DNA of 43,686 nucleotides from Verrucomicrobiales bacterium (GTDB lineage: Bacteria; Verrucomicrobiota; Verrucomicrobiia; Methylacidiphilales; JAAUTS01): the NCBI GenBank assembly GCA_031265365.1, contig JAISCS010000206.1, forward strand, positions 1 to 43,686. Direction: 5' to 3'. Within the stretch, counting starts at the first letter, position 1. Every line of letters begins with the position of its first letter. Both the position numbers and the translations under genes were made by a program. The notes beneath the pieces were generated by a model. That model had not been told where the DNA came from. It did not search any database and was given only the letters and a program-made list of their open reading frames with translations. Positions 1 to 8,820 of the stretch are shown one piece after another.

Positions 1-9
1 TTGGTGGGA

Positions 10-97
10 CACAGAGTAGGCACAGAGAAACACAGGGTTCATTTTTTAGTTTAATAAATCTCTGTGGTTCTCTGTGTCTGCTCTGTGCTCTCTGTGG
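10..97. repeat. Imperfect hairpin of CACAGAG / CTCTGTG short units
   Basis: About three CACAGAG-like units (10-37), an AT-rich loop, then four CTCTGTG units (60-96) in inverted orientation. Confidence 0.8.
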
Positions 98-196
98 GCG
101 AAGGTGACGTTAGGACGAACGGCGGCGGATGAGGGCCTATGCGCCGAGACCCGCGCCGATGAGGTACCAGGTGGACGGTTCCGGGACGGCGGTGGC

Positions 197-332
197 GTGG
201 TAGGTCAGCGTCTCAGGGGACTAGCACCGAACGCAGACCTACCCCGGCGCTACGCGCCACCCCTTCACGGAAGGGGAATTATGCTCCGCTTACCTCACAC
301 CACTGCCATTCCTCTGTTCACGGGATAGAACC
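197..332 (+). mobile_element. Partial MITE copy 1 (right half of palindromic core plus right end)
   Basis: Contains ...CCACCCCTTCACGGAAGGGGAATT and the terminus TTCCTCTGTTCACGGGATAGAACC shared with the copies at 17977 and 30365; left end not recognisable. Confidence 0.8.
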
Positions 333-422
333 AGAGATGTACAGGCGGCGGAGCGCGAGCGAGTTTTGGGGGGAAAATATTTGGGACTTCCCCCGCGTTT
401 GGAATTTGGTATTCTCAGCAGC

Positions 423-1097
423 GTGAATACCAAGATTTGGAAATTAATCGCGCCGGTGGTGTTGTTTGCCACCGCGCTGCTGGTCTGCTGGCTCTCGCCC
501 AACCCCAACACCACACCCGTCGCCGGCGTGAAAATGGTGTTGCCCGACCAGGTCGGCGACATGACCGGCGGCGAGTTGCAGGGCATGTCCGACGCCGAAA
601 AACGCTTATTGCCCGGTGACACTGAAATGACGCGCCGCGTTTACGGCAACGCGCGCGGCGAGATGCTGGCGTGCACCATCGTCCTCGCCGGCGGCGCGAA
701 GAACAGCATCCACCGCCCCGAGGCTTGCCTGCCCGCGCAAGGCTGGAACATTGACAGCGAGGAGGTCATCCCCGTCACCCTCGCCAACGGTCACTCGCTG
801 GACGTCATGAAGGTGACGATTCATCTCGACGACATCAGCACCGGCCAAAAGGTGCGGCGGCAGGCGTATTATTTGTATTGGTTCGTCGGGCGCGAGGTCA
901 ACACGCCGAGCCACTGGACGCGCGTGTTTCTGAGCAGTTGGGACCGCGTGTTTCACAACACCAACCACCGCTGGGCCTATGTCAGCGTGTTCATGCCCGT
1001 CGCCAACAACCAGGCCGCCGCCGCGACGCTGGAGGTCATGAAGGACTTCATCGCCAAGTCCGCGCCCGAATATATGTTCTCCGAAATGCCGCGCTGA
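423..1097 (+). CDS. Exosortase-associated EpsI family protein
   Basis: N-terminal TM, SIHRPEACLPAQGW motif, YLYWFVG and RWAYV segments typical of EpsI; start placed at in-frame GTG 423 (ORF track 366). Confidence 0.8.
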   Translation: MNTKIWKLIAPVVLFATALLVCWLSPNPNTTPVAGVKMVLPDQVGDMTGGELQGMSDAEKRLLPGDTEMTRRVYGNARGEMLACTIVLAGGAKNSIHRPEACLPAQGWNIDSEEVIPVTLANGHSLDVMKVTIHLDDISTGQKVRRQAYYLYWFVGREVNTPSHWTRVFLSSWDRVFHNTNHRWAYVSVFMPVANNQAAAATLEVMKDFIAKSAPEYMFSEMPR

Positions 1098-1152
1098 CCG
1101 TCAGCGGATTACCATTGCCATCGGCGGCGCGCTTCGCTTTAATACCCGGCTT

Positions 1153-2487
1153 ATGAGTGAGGTTCGAGTTCGTTTCGCCCCGTCGCCGACGGGGTTGTTG
1201 CACATCGGCGGGGCGCGCACGGCGTTGTTTAACTGGTTGTTCGCGCGGCATTTTGGCGGGCGGATGATTCTGCGCATCGAGGACACCGACACGGCGCGCA
1301 ACACGCCGGAGGCGGTGGCGATTATTTTCAAAGGCTTGCGCTGGCTCGGCCTCGACTGGGACGAGGGCGCGCAAGAGGGCGGCGGCAACCTCGGCGATTA
1401 CGGCCCGTATTACCAAAGCCAGCGGTCGGAGCTTTATCAAAAATACGCGGCGCGACTGCTCGCGGCGGACCAGGCGTACCGCGAGGCTGACGGAGCCATT
1501 CGCTTTCGGATGCCGCGGACGCCGGGCGTGGTGCGAGATTTGATTTGCGGCGAGATTACGTTCGACCGGACCACGGAGCCGGACCCGACCATCGTGCGGA
1601 AGGACGGCACGCCGGTGTTTCATTTCGTCAACGTGGTGGATGACATGGAAATGCGCGTCACGCACGTCATTCGCGGCGAGGACCATTTGTCGAACACGCA
1701 CAAGCATATCGCCATGTTCGAGGCGCTCGGCGCGCTGCCGCCGCGGTACGCGCACATCCCGCTGATACTCAACCCGGGCGGCTCGAAAATGTCGAAGCGC
1801 GACGTGGGCGCGTCCATCGGCGAGTATATTGAACAAGGCTATTTGCCGGCGGCGGTGCGGAATTATTTGTGCCTGCTCGGTTGGTCGCCAAAGGACAACC
1901 GCGAGGTCATCGGCATCAGCGAGGTGATTGAGAAATTCGACCTGCCGCAAATCAACCGCGGCAACGCGCGCTTCGACCTCAACAAGCTCTACTGGCTCAA
2001 CGGCGAGTATTGGAAAGCGCTGACGGCGGACGAGTATCACGCCTACGCGAAAAATTATTTGCAACAACGCGGGGTCAGCGTCGGCGGGATTGATGCACAA
2101 TATCTGGCCGGCGTGTTCGACATCGTGCGCGAAAAAATCAAGCTCGGCCGCGATTTGCCCGACTGGGTGGAACCGTTCTTCAACGAGGAATTTGCCTACG
2201 ACGAAAAATCGCTGATGGTCACGCTGCGGGAACCGGAGGCGCGGGCGCGGATTGAGAAACTCAGCGCCGCGTTCGGGACGGTCGGCGAGTGGACGGCGGC
2301 GAGGTTGGAGGAGACGTTGAAAGCGCTCGCCGCCGCCGACGGGGTGAAAGCCGGCGCGTATGTGCACCCGTGCCGGGCGGGCGTGGCGGGGCGCGCGGTG
2401 GGGCCGTCGCTGTATCATATGCTGGAGGTCATGGGCCAAGAGCGCGTGCTGGCGCGGTTGCGGCGGACGCTGACGATGAATTTTTAA
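1153..2487 (+). CDS. gltX: Glutamate--tRNA ligase
   Basis: RVRFAPSPTG, HIGG, LRIEDTD, HVIRGEDH and KMSKR class I synthetase motifs. Confidence 0.95.
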   Translation: MSEVRVRFAPSPTGLLHIGGARTALFNWLFARHFGGRMILRIEDTDTARNTPEAVAIIFKGLRWLGLDWDEGAQEGGGNLGDYGPYYQSQRSELYQKYAARLLAADQAYREADGAIRFRMPRTPGVVRDLICGEITFDRTTEPDPTIVRKDGTPVFHFVNVVDDMEMRVTHVIRGEDHLSNTHKHIAMFEALGALPPRYAHIPLILNPGGSKMSKRDVGASIGEYIEQGYLPAAVRNYLCLLGWSPKDNREVIGISEVIEKFDLPQINRGNARFDLNKLYWLNGEYWKALTADEYHAYAKNYLQQRGVSVGGIDAQYLAGVFDIVREKIKLGRDLPDWVEPFFNEEFAYDEKSLMVTLREPEARARIEKLSAAFGTVGEWTAARLEETLKALAAADGVKAGAYVHPCRAGVAGRAVGPSLYHMLEVMGQERVLARLRRTLTMNF

Positions 2488-2488
2488 T

Positions 2489-3556
2489 ATGGACGCCAAA
2501 TTAAATTTCGCCCTCGTCGGCTGCGGCCGGGTTTCGGAAAACCATCTCAAGACGCTGACTTCACCGGCGATGCCGACGCGCTTGGTCGCCGTCGCCGACT
2601 GTGACGCCGCGCGGGCGCGGGCGAAGGGCGAGAAATACGGCGTGCCGCATTACGCCGACTATCACGAAATGCTCGCGCGCCACCCCGAGACGCAAGTCAT
2701 CAACATCGCCGCGCCGACCGGCTACCACGCCGGCCTCGTGTGCGACCTCGCGCGGCACGGGAAGCATCTCGTCACCGAAAAGCCGATGGCGCTGACGGTC
2801 GGCGATTGCGACCGGATGCTCGCCGTCTGCCGCGCGCGCGGGTGCCGCCTGTTCGTCGTCAAGCAAAACCGTTTCAACCCCGCCGTCATCGCCGCGCGCC
2901 GCGCCTACGACGAGGGGCGCTTCGGCAAAATCGTCATGGTCACCGCCCGCGTCCGCTGGCGGCGCGACGACGCCTATTACACCGACGGCTGGCACGGCAC
3001 CTGGTCACTCGACGGCGGCGTGATGTCGCAGCAAGCGAGCCATCATCTCGACCTGCTGCAATGGTTCCTCGGCGACATCACCGGCGTGCAATGCCAGACC
3101 GCGACGCGCCTGCTCAACATGGAGGCCGAGGACACCGCCGCCGCGCTGCTCAAAGGCGCGAACGGCGCGCTGGGCGTGTTCGAGGCGACCGTCGCCGCGC
3201 GCCCGGAAAACATCGAGGGTTCGCTGAGCATCATGGGGGAGCGCGGCACGGTCATCATCGGCGGCATCGCGGTCAACCACATTCAGTATTGGAAATTCGA
3301 GGACCATCGCGCGGAGGACGACCATTGGCCGGCGCGCGCGTCCGAGAACGTCAGCCACGTGTACGGCAGCGGGCACGGCCCCTACCTGCGCAACGTGGTC
3401 GAGGCCATCGTCAGCGGCAAGCCCGCGCTGGTCGAGGGCGATGAAGGGCGCAAAGACATCGCCATCCTGACCGCCCTGTACGAATCCGCCGCCACTGACG
3501 GCGCGCTATTGGCCCCCGGCTGTGCCATCAACCATTCGCGCCTGGGGCGACGTTAA
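2489..3556 (+). CDS. Gfo/Idh/MocA family oxidoreductase (WlbA-like sugar-nucleotide dehydrogenase)
   Basis: GCGRV Rossmann motif, EKPMA, QNRFN, WHGTWSLDGG, HHLDLLQW. Confidence 0.9.
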   Translation: MDAKLNFALVGCGRVSENHLKTLTSPAMPTRLVAVADCDAARARAKGEKYGVPHYADYHEMLARHPETQVINIAAPTGYHAGLVCDLARHGKHLVTEKPMALTVGDCDRMLAVCRARGCRLFVVKQNRFNPAVIAARRAYDEGRFGKIVMVTARVRWRRDDAYYTDGWHGTWSLDGGVMSQQASHHLDLLQWFLGDITGVQCQTATRLLNMEAEDTAAALLKGANGALGVFEATVAARPENIEGSLSIMGERGTVIIGGIAVNHIQYWKFEDHRAEDDHWPARASENVSHVYGSGHGPYLRNVVEAIVSGKPALVEGDEGRKDIAILTALYESAATDGALLAPGCAINHSRLGRR

Positions 3557-3568
3557 ATATTTGTGGAT

Positions 3569-3602
3569 GTTCGCGCGGAGACGCTGAGACGCGGAGTTTT
3601 TT
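3569..3602 (+). repeat. GAGACGCGG-family (9-nt period) left arm
   Basis: GTTCGCGCGGAGACGCTGAGACGCGGAG followed by T-run; near-identical to 17927-17955. Confidence 0.85.
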
Positions 3603-3728
3603 GGTTCTATCCCATGAAAATTCCCCTGCCGTGAAGGGGTGGCGCGGAGCGACGGGGTAGTTCAGCGTTTTATGTGGCAGCATGCGGAACGCTGAACTAC
3701 CCCGTCCGCTGGCGCGGCCACCCCTTCA
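3603..3728 (-). mobile_element. Partial MITE copy 2, inverted orientation
   Basis: Starts GGTTCTATCCC (reverse complement of the right end) and then the palindromic core GGGGTAGTTCAGCGT...ACGCTGAACTACCCC; truncated at CCCCTTCA. Confidence 0.8.
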
Positions 3729-3739
3729 ATATATTTGTG

Positions 3740-3844
3740 GGGTGATAAAATCATTTTGTTGGGTAAGAAGAAGATTTTTTGGGGTGTAAAAATCATCAGA
3801 TGGGGTGTGGGAAAGAACAGATGGAGTGAGAAAACCGTCACCAC
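3740..3844. repeat. Degenerate 21-bp tandem repeat, 5 units
   Basis: Units start GGGTGA/GGGTAA/GGGTGT/GGGTGT/GAGTGA at 3740, 3761, 3782, 3803 and 3824. Confidence 0.7.
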
Positions 3845-3979
3845 GGGCGCGCTAAAAGTCTGATATGCCTAGGTCATGGCTTGAGGAGTACCTCCGCGCG
3901 TTTGGTATAGACTGCGACATGACTGCATATCATGAAGCATTGGTTAGTTGTTGTCAAAAGAGGTTTGGAGTGGCGGGAA

Positions 3980-4057
3980 AACCTCGCGCAGAGACGCAGA
4001 GCCGCGGAGTTTTTTTGGGTTAAAAATATCCGCGGCTCCGCGGCTCCGCGCGAGGTT
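3980..4057. repeat. Complete gene-less GAGACGCGG-family hairpin
   Basis: AACCTCGCGCAGAGACGCAGAGCCGCGGA, loop, TCCGCGGCTCCGCGGCTCCGCGCGAGGTT. Confidence 0.85.
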
Positions 4058-4138
4058 CCTTTTATTTCCGCTAAGTGCTCATCCCGCTGGGCGCTTGGTA
4101 TTTTACGCGGGGGGCGATGCTCGCGTTACGGGTAGGGG

Positions 4139-4681
4139 TCACGGCGCGGTGCTTTTGGCGGGGGTGAATAGGCGGGTCATGTTTACTCCCTCGTGGGTGA
4201 GTAGTTGAATTTTGGCGGGGAGGCCGGCGGCGTAACCGGTCAGGTTGCCGTTCGCGCCGATGACCCGGTGGCAGGGGATGATGATGGAGATGGGGTTGTG
4301 ACCCACGGCGCCGCCGATGGCTTGGGCGGACATGGCGGGGCGGTGTTGGCGCACGGCGATTTGTTTGGCGAGGTCGCCGTAGGTGACGACTTGGCCGTAT
4401 GGAATTTGGCACAGGAGCCGCCACACGGCTTGCCGGAATTCGCCGCCGGCGGGGGACAGGGGCAGGTCCGCGATGGCTGGTGGTCGTCCGGCGAAATAGC
4501 GGTCCAACCACTTCCTGGCGGCAATCAGCACAGGCAGACGGTCGCGCGCCATCGGCGGTTCCGTCAGCGTGGCGGCGAAATATTTTTGTCCCGCGCGCCA
4601 CAGGCCGGTCAGTTTTTTTCCGTCGCTCGCCAAGATTAGTTTGCCGACGGGGGAGGTGTATTGGGTGGTGTAGGTCATCAT
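4139..4681 (-). CDS. ogt: Methylated-DNA--[protein]-cysteine S-methyltransferase
   Basis: SPVGKL, IPYGQVVTYG, NPISIIIPCHRVIG active-site motif, LTGYAAG. Confidence 0.93.
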   Translation of the reverse strand: MMTYTTQYTSPVGKLILASDGKKLTGLWRAGQKYFAATLTEPPMARDRLPVLIAARKWLDRYFAGRPPAIADLPLSPAGGEFRQAVWRLLCQIPYGQVVTYGDLAKQIAVRQHRPAMSAQAIGGAVGHNPISIIIPCHRVIGANGNLTGYAAGLPAKIQLLTHEGVNMTRLFTPAKSTAP

Positions 4682-4684
4682 TTT

Positions 4685-6391
4685 TTAGGGCGAGAGTTTG
4701 ACTTGCAGTTGTTCTCTGGCGGATTCGATTTTCACTTTCAGCGGGGCCGGGTCTTTGAGTTGGGCCGAGGCTTTGGACCACGCGGCGATAGCTTTTTCGG
4801 TGTCGCCGAGTTTGTAGTAGATGTCGGCGAGGTGTTCCAAGATTTCCGGGTCGTCCGGCTCGCCGGCGATGGCTTTTTGCTGATATTCCAGCGCCTTGGG
4901 GTATTCTTTTTTCTGGTAACACACCCAGGCCATGCTGTCAAGATACGCGGGGCTGGCAGGGTCGAGCGCCAGCGCCCGGAGAATGAGTTGCTCCGCCTCG
5001 TCGAGGTTCTCGCCCCGGCTGGCCCAGTGATAACCAAGATAGTTCAGGGCTGGGTGATGGTTGGGATTCAGGTCGAGGCATTTTTTGAACAATCCGACGG
5101 CCTTGGTGAGGTTGCCGCTTCGGTCGCAGGTGACGGCGTAATCAAAATAAAAATTGATGTCAATCAGCTTGTCGTTTTGTTGTTCCAAGTCGGTGAAGAT
5201 GGCCAGCGCCTCGTCCCAGCGCTCCAGGTTTCGCAGGATGTGGGCTTGGGATAGCTTGAGGATGGTGACGGCGGGGAATTTTTTTTCGGCTTGTTGCAAG
5301 GTGGCCAGGGCCAAGGCGGGCTGGTGGTCGCGCGCCTGGGCGTCGGCGAGGCGGAAATAATCCCGCGCATCGGGATTGCCGAGTCGCACATAAAGCTGAT
5401 AGTAGGCGGCGGCTTGGGCCCATTGGTTTTGGTTGCCGTGTAGCTCGGCAATCATCGGGTAGAGGTTTTTGCGGTCGGGATAATCTTCCAGCAGGCTTTC
5501 GAGCACGGCGATGTTTTTGTCCGGTTGTTTCAGGACGTAGTAACAGATGGACATGCGTTCGCGGAGGCCGGGGAGGTCGGCGGTTTTGTGGTGCGCTTGC
5601 TCGTAGTAACTGATGGCGGCTTGGTAGTTTTCCAAGTCGAATTGCAGTTGGCCGAGGCGGAGGGCGAGTTGCGGGTGGGCGGGGTTCAGCACGCGGGCTT
5701 TTTCGTAGAAGGGCAGGACTTGCGCGGCGATTTCCTTGACCGTGAGCGGTTCGGTCCGGGCGAGCACCTGCGCCCACAGGTCGCCGAGCCGGGCGTAGTA
5801 GACGGCTTGGTCGGTGGTGACGGCCAGCGAGCGCGCCATGAGCGGGGGGATTTCCGCGCGCTGGCGTTGGTCCAGGTAATGACGGGCCAGCAGGTGATAG
5901 ACCGCGACCTGTCGTGGGTTTAATTTTTCGGCGGCGAGGGCGCTGGCCAATGCTTTATCGGGCTGGCCTTGGCGCTGATAAAGCCAGGCGAGCAGCGTTT
6001 TGATTTCGGCGGCGGCGGGGAAACTGGTTTCCTTTTCCCGTAGGAACGCGGTGGCGCGGGGCAGTTGGTCAAGTTTGCAGTGGATGATGGCGATGCGGAT
6101 ATGGGTGGGAAGGTAGCTTGGGTCAGCCGCGGCGGCGAGCCGGTACTTGGCCAGCGCGCTGGTGAATTGTCCCCGGCCCTCAAGCTGGACGGCCAGCGCG
6201 AAGTTGGTGGCGGCATTGGCGCGCCGGCCGAAGTCACTGTCAGCGGAATTGGCGGAGTTTGACGGGACGCGCCCCAAGTCCTGCTCGATGACCGTCAGCG
6301 GGTCGGGGACAAGCTCCTGCGCCACAGCGGCCGGCCAAGCGCCGACCACCATCCACAGGCACACCAAAAGCGGTGACAACCTTCGCTTCAC
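4685..6391 (-). CDS. Secreted/periplasmic tetratricopeptide repeat protein
   Basis: Signal peptide; many TPR-like helices; C-terminal ALNYLGY...YLDSMAW...EILEHLAD pattern. Confidence 0.88.
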   Translation of the reverse strand: MKRRLSPLLVCLWMVVGAWPAAVAQELVPDPLTVIEQDLGRVPSNSANSADSDFGRRANAATNFALAVQLEGRGQFTSALAKYRLAAAADPSYLPTHIRIAIIHCKLDQLPRATAFLREKETSFPAAAEIKTLLAWLYQRQGQPDKALASALAAEKLNPRQVAVYHLLARHYLDQRQRAEIPPLMARSLAVTTDQAVYYARLGDLWAQVLARTEPLTVKEIAAQVLPFYEKARVLNPAHPQLALRLGQLQFDLENYQAAISYYEQAHHKTADLPGLRERMSICYYVLKQPDKNIAVLESLLEDYPDRKNLYPMIAELHGNQNQWAQAAAYYQLYVRLGNPDARDYFRLADAQARDHQPALALATLQQAEKKFPAVTILKLSQAHILRNLERWDEALAIFTDLEQQNDKLIDINFYFDYAVTCDRSGNLTKAVGLFKKCLDLNPNHHPALNYLGYHWASRGENLDEAEQLILRALALDPASPAYLDSMAWVCYQKKEYPKALEYQQKAIAGEPDDPEILEHLADIYYKLGDTEKAIAAWSKASAQLKDPAPLKVKIESAREQLQVKLSP

Positions 6392-6442
6392 AATGAAGGG
6401 AATATAGCAGGAGTTTTGAACCTGCCCAGCCCAAAGCCACGT

Positions 6443-6547
6443 TTACGACTTGTAACGCAGACGCTTTTTGTGCCGGTTCTCGCGGCGGCGTTTGCGGCGC
6501 TTGTGGTTGGCAATCTTCTTCTTTCTCTGTTTCTTAATTGAACCCAT
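6443..6547 (-). CDS. Small basic protein, AURKAIP1/COX24 (DUF1713; bS22/mS38-like ribosomal protein) family
   Basis: Hand-translated MGSIKKQRKKKIANHKRRKRRRENRHKKRLRYKS (34 aa), below the ORF-track cutoff; matches the MGSxxKKR...HK family pattern. Confidence 0.85.
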   Translation of the reverse strand: MGSIKKQRKKKIANHKRRKRRRENRHKKRLRYKS

Positions 6548-6580
6548 AATTTGAAAAGTGTTGATTAAAGGGATTTTTTT

Positions 6581-7462
6581 TCAAAAGACAACCTTATTTA
6601 GCGAATATTCGATAATTCCTTCCGCGCCCAGTTCTTTAAGGCGCGGGATGATTTCACGGACGACGACCTCGTCGATGATGGTTTCGATGGCGACCCAGCC
6701 GGGTTGCGCGAGGGGGGCGACGGTCGGGTTGCGGAGCGCGGGGAGTTGTCGCAGAAGTTGGGGCAACTTCGCGGCGGGGACGTTCATCTTGATGCCGACC
6801 TTGCCGCGGGCGTTGAGCGCGCCCTCGAGCAACAGAGCCAGCGTGTGAATTTTCTTGCGGCTCCAGGCGTCGCGCCAGACCGCGCGATTGGCAATGAGTT
6901 GCGGGTAGGACTCCATCAGCGTGTCCACGACGCGGAGTTTGTTCGCGCGCAGCGAGGAGCCGGTCTCGGTGATGTCCACGATGGCGTCTACCAACTCCGG
7001 CACTTTCACCTCGGTCGCGCCCCATGAAAATTCGACGCGCGCCTTGATGTTGTGTTTGCGGAGATAGTCCTTGGTGATGCCGACGGCCTCGGTGGCGATG
7101 CGTTTGCCGGCGAGGTGCGCGGGTTTGGTGATTTTGGAATCCTCCGGCACGACGAGCACCCAGCGCGCCGGCGCCGAGGTGGCCTTGCTGAACGACAGGT
7201 TTTGAACGACCTCGACCCGCGCCTTGGTCTCGGCAATCCAGTCCTTGCCGGTGATGCCGAAGTCGAGGAAACCTTCGTCCACATACCGGGCAATCTCCTG
7301 CGCGCGCAACAGGCGCACCTCCAGCTCCGGGTCATCCACGGCGGGCTTGTACGAGCGGCTGGAGACGCTGATGTTGAAGCCGGCGCTTTTGAACAACGCC
7401 AGCGTCGCTTCTTGCAAGCTGCCCTTGGGCAAGCCGAGACGGAGAGGTTTGCGATTTTTCAT
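6581..7462 (-). CDS. hisG: ATP phosphoribosyltransferase (long form)
   Basis: [36 protein letters not shown]; C-terminal regulatory domain (LKELGAEGI). Confidence 0.96.
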   Translation of the reverse strand: MKNRKPLRLGLPKGSLQEATLALFKSAGFNISVSSRSYKPAVDDPELEVRLLRAQEIARYVDEGFLDFGITGKDWIAETKARVEVVQNLSFSKATSAPARWVLVVPEDSKITKPAHLAGKRIATEAVGITKDYLRKHNIKARVEFSWGATEVKVPELVDAIVDITETGSSLRANKLRVVDTLMESYPQLIANRAVWRDAWSRKKIHTLALLLEGALNARGKVGIKMNVPAAKLPQLLRQLPALRNPTVAPLAQPGWVAIETIIDEVVVREIIPRLKELGAEGIIEYSLNKVVF

Positions 7463-7506
7463 GAAGAGAGAGAATAGATTGTTGGCGGGGAAAGTCCAGT
7501 CGGGAT

Positions 7507-7602
7507 TTTTTTGACAGGATAAACAGGATTGGCGGGATGGTTTTTAGAAACTGTTGTCCCAATCCTTGTTTGGGCCATCCCATGAATCCTGTTCACCCTG
7601 TC
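7507..7602. repeat. GACAGGAT-family hairpin overlapping the 3' end of the GxxExxY gene
   Basis: 7513-7540 pairs with 7575-7602 (23/28 complementary by hand count). Confidence 0.85.
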
Positions 7603-7984
7603 TGATTTTCCTGGGCTGGTAAGTTCGCGTTTTGCGTTTGAATTCCAATTTGACTGCACCGAAGTTCAGCAACAAACCGATTTCAATCTTGGTGGCGGTG
7701 AGATAGTTGACCAATTGCGCCTCATTGGCCGGTGACAAGGTCTGGTTGGCTTTTAATTCTAGCAGCACACAGTCTTCGACCAGCAAATCCGCCGAGAAAT
7801 CGCCAGCCTTCACACCTTCATACCAAACGGCGACGGGATATTCACTCGCAACGCGCAAACCGGACCTCTGCAATTCATGCGCCAGCGCCTTTTGATAAAC
7901 CGATTCCAAAAAACCGGGACCGAGCGCGGAATGCACTTTCATTGCACAGCCAATTATTACTCCTGTCAGTTGTTCGTACTCCAT
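7544..7984 (-). CDS. GxxExxY protein (PD-(D/E)XK nuclease-like)
   Basis: VHSALGPGFLESVY signature, ADLLVE...ELKA, QLVNYL, GLLLNFG; start placed at MEYEQL (7984). Confidence 0.93.
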   Translation of the reverse strand: MEYEQLTGVIIGCAMKVHSALGPGFLESVYQKALAHELQRSGLRVASEYPVAVWYEGVKAGDFSADLLVEDCVLLELKANQTLSPANEAQLVNYLTATKIEIGLLLNFGAVKLEFKRKTRTYQPRKIRQGEQDSWDGPNKDWDNSF

Positions 7985-7986
7985 AG

Positions 7987-8079
7987 TTTTTTGACAGGAT
8001 GAACAAGATTTGCAGGATAACAAACGTTTCCAAAATCCTTTTCAAAATATCCTGTCCATCTTGTTCATCCTGTCAAAAA
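7987..8079. repeat. GACAGGAT-family hairpin upstream of the GxxExxY gene
   Basis: 7988-8019 pairs with 8048-8079 (29/32 complementary by hand count). Confidence 0.9.
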
Positions 8080-8085
8080 TCTCAT

Positions 8086-8745
8086 TTACCAAAACCCCCA
8101 CTGGCCGCTGTGCATCACGTAAATGCCGAGCAACAAATTCGTCACCGCGTGGGCGAGGACGCAGGAACCCTGGCTTTTCGTGCGGCAGGCCACCCAATTA
8201 TACAACGCGCCGGTGATGAGCGCCGCCGCGTAATCCGCCGGCTGGTGCTCCAACATAAACCCGACGCTGACGATGCTGAACGACAGCCACGAAAATCGGC
8301 CAAACGGAATTTTGTCCACCGGCGCGGCGATTAAATAACGCAATAGAAATCCGCGCCAAAACAATTCTTCCACCAAGGGCACTATCACCACCAACCGCAA
8401 AAAACGAAACGTCAAGTTGGTCCAATACAGCGGCGGGGTGTCGGCAAACACATTCGGGTCAAAACCATCCAGCCTCGGCGCACGGCCCAGCCAGACTTGC
8501 GGGGCGACCCACAACGCGAATACCACTATGCCGACGCTGACGGTGAAGCTCAGGTTTTTTATTCCGTTGAACGCGTACCGCCGCCAGTAACGCCACAGCA
8601 GCGCGGCGCAAATCACCGTTTGCAGCGGATAAATCACGTAGCGCGCGTGAACGCCGGCGGGCACGGGCAATAGTTCCAACGCAAACAGGCCGATGAACAC
8701 GGCGAATGGCACCACCAACGCTTGCTCCAATTTTGTCATGCTCAA
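8086..8745 (-). CDS. CAAX prenyl protease-related membrane protein (CPBP/Abi; PEP-CTERM-associated type)
   Basis: Multi-TM; VPLVEELFWRGFLLRY and CVLAHAVTNLLLG motifs. Confidence 0.88.
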   Translation of the reverse strand: MSMTKLEQALVVPFAVFIGLFALELLPVPAGVHARYVIYPLQTVICAALLWRYWRRYAFNGIKNLSFTVSVGIVVFALWVAPQVWLGRAPRLDGFDPNVFADTPPLYWTNLTFRFLRLVVIVPLVEELFWRGFLLRYLIAAPVDKIPFGRFSWLSFSIVSVGFMLEHQPADYAAALITGALYNWVACRTKSQGSCVLAHAVTNLLLGIYVMHSGQWGFW

Positions 8746-8820
8746 ACCATTAGCCGCTGCCGCTCACCATGCAAGCATAATCATCGATGAAAACAGCCCG
8801 GCGCTTTTCATAATGACGCG

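Noticed and set aside
1153-2487. GltX lacks the usual zinc-binding insertion (short 444-aa form)
   Set aside because: All catalytic motifs and the anticodon domain are present; short GluRS forms are known
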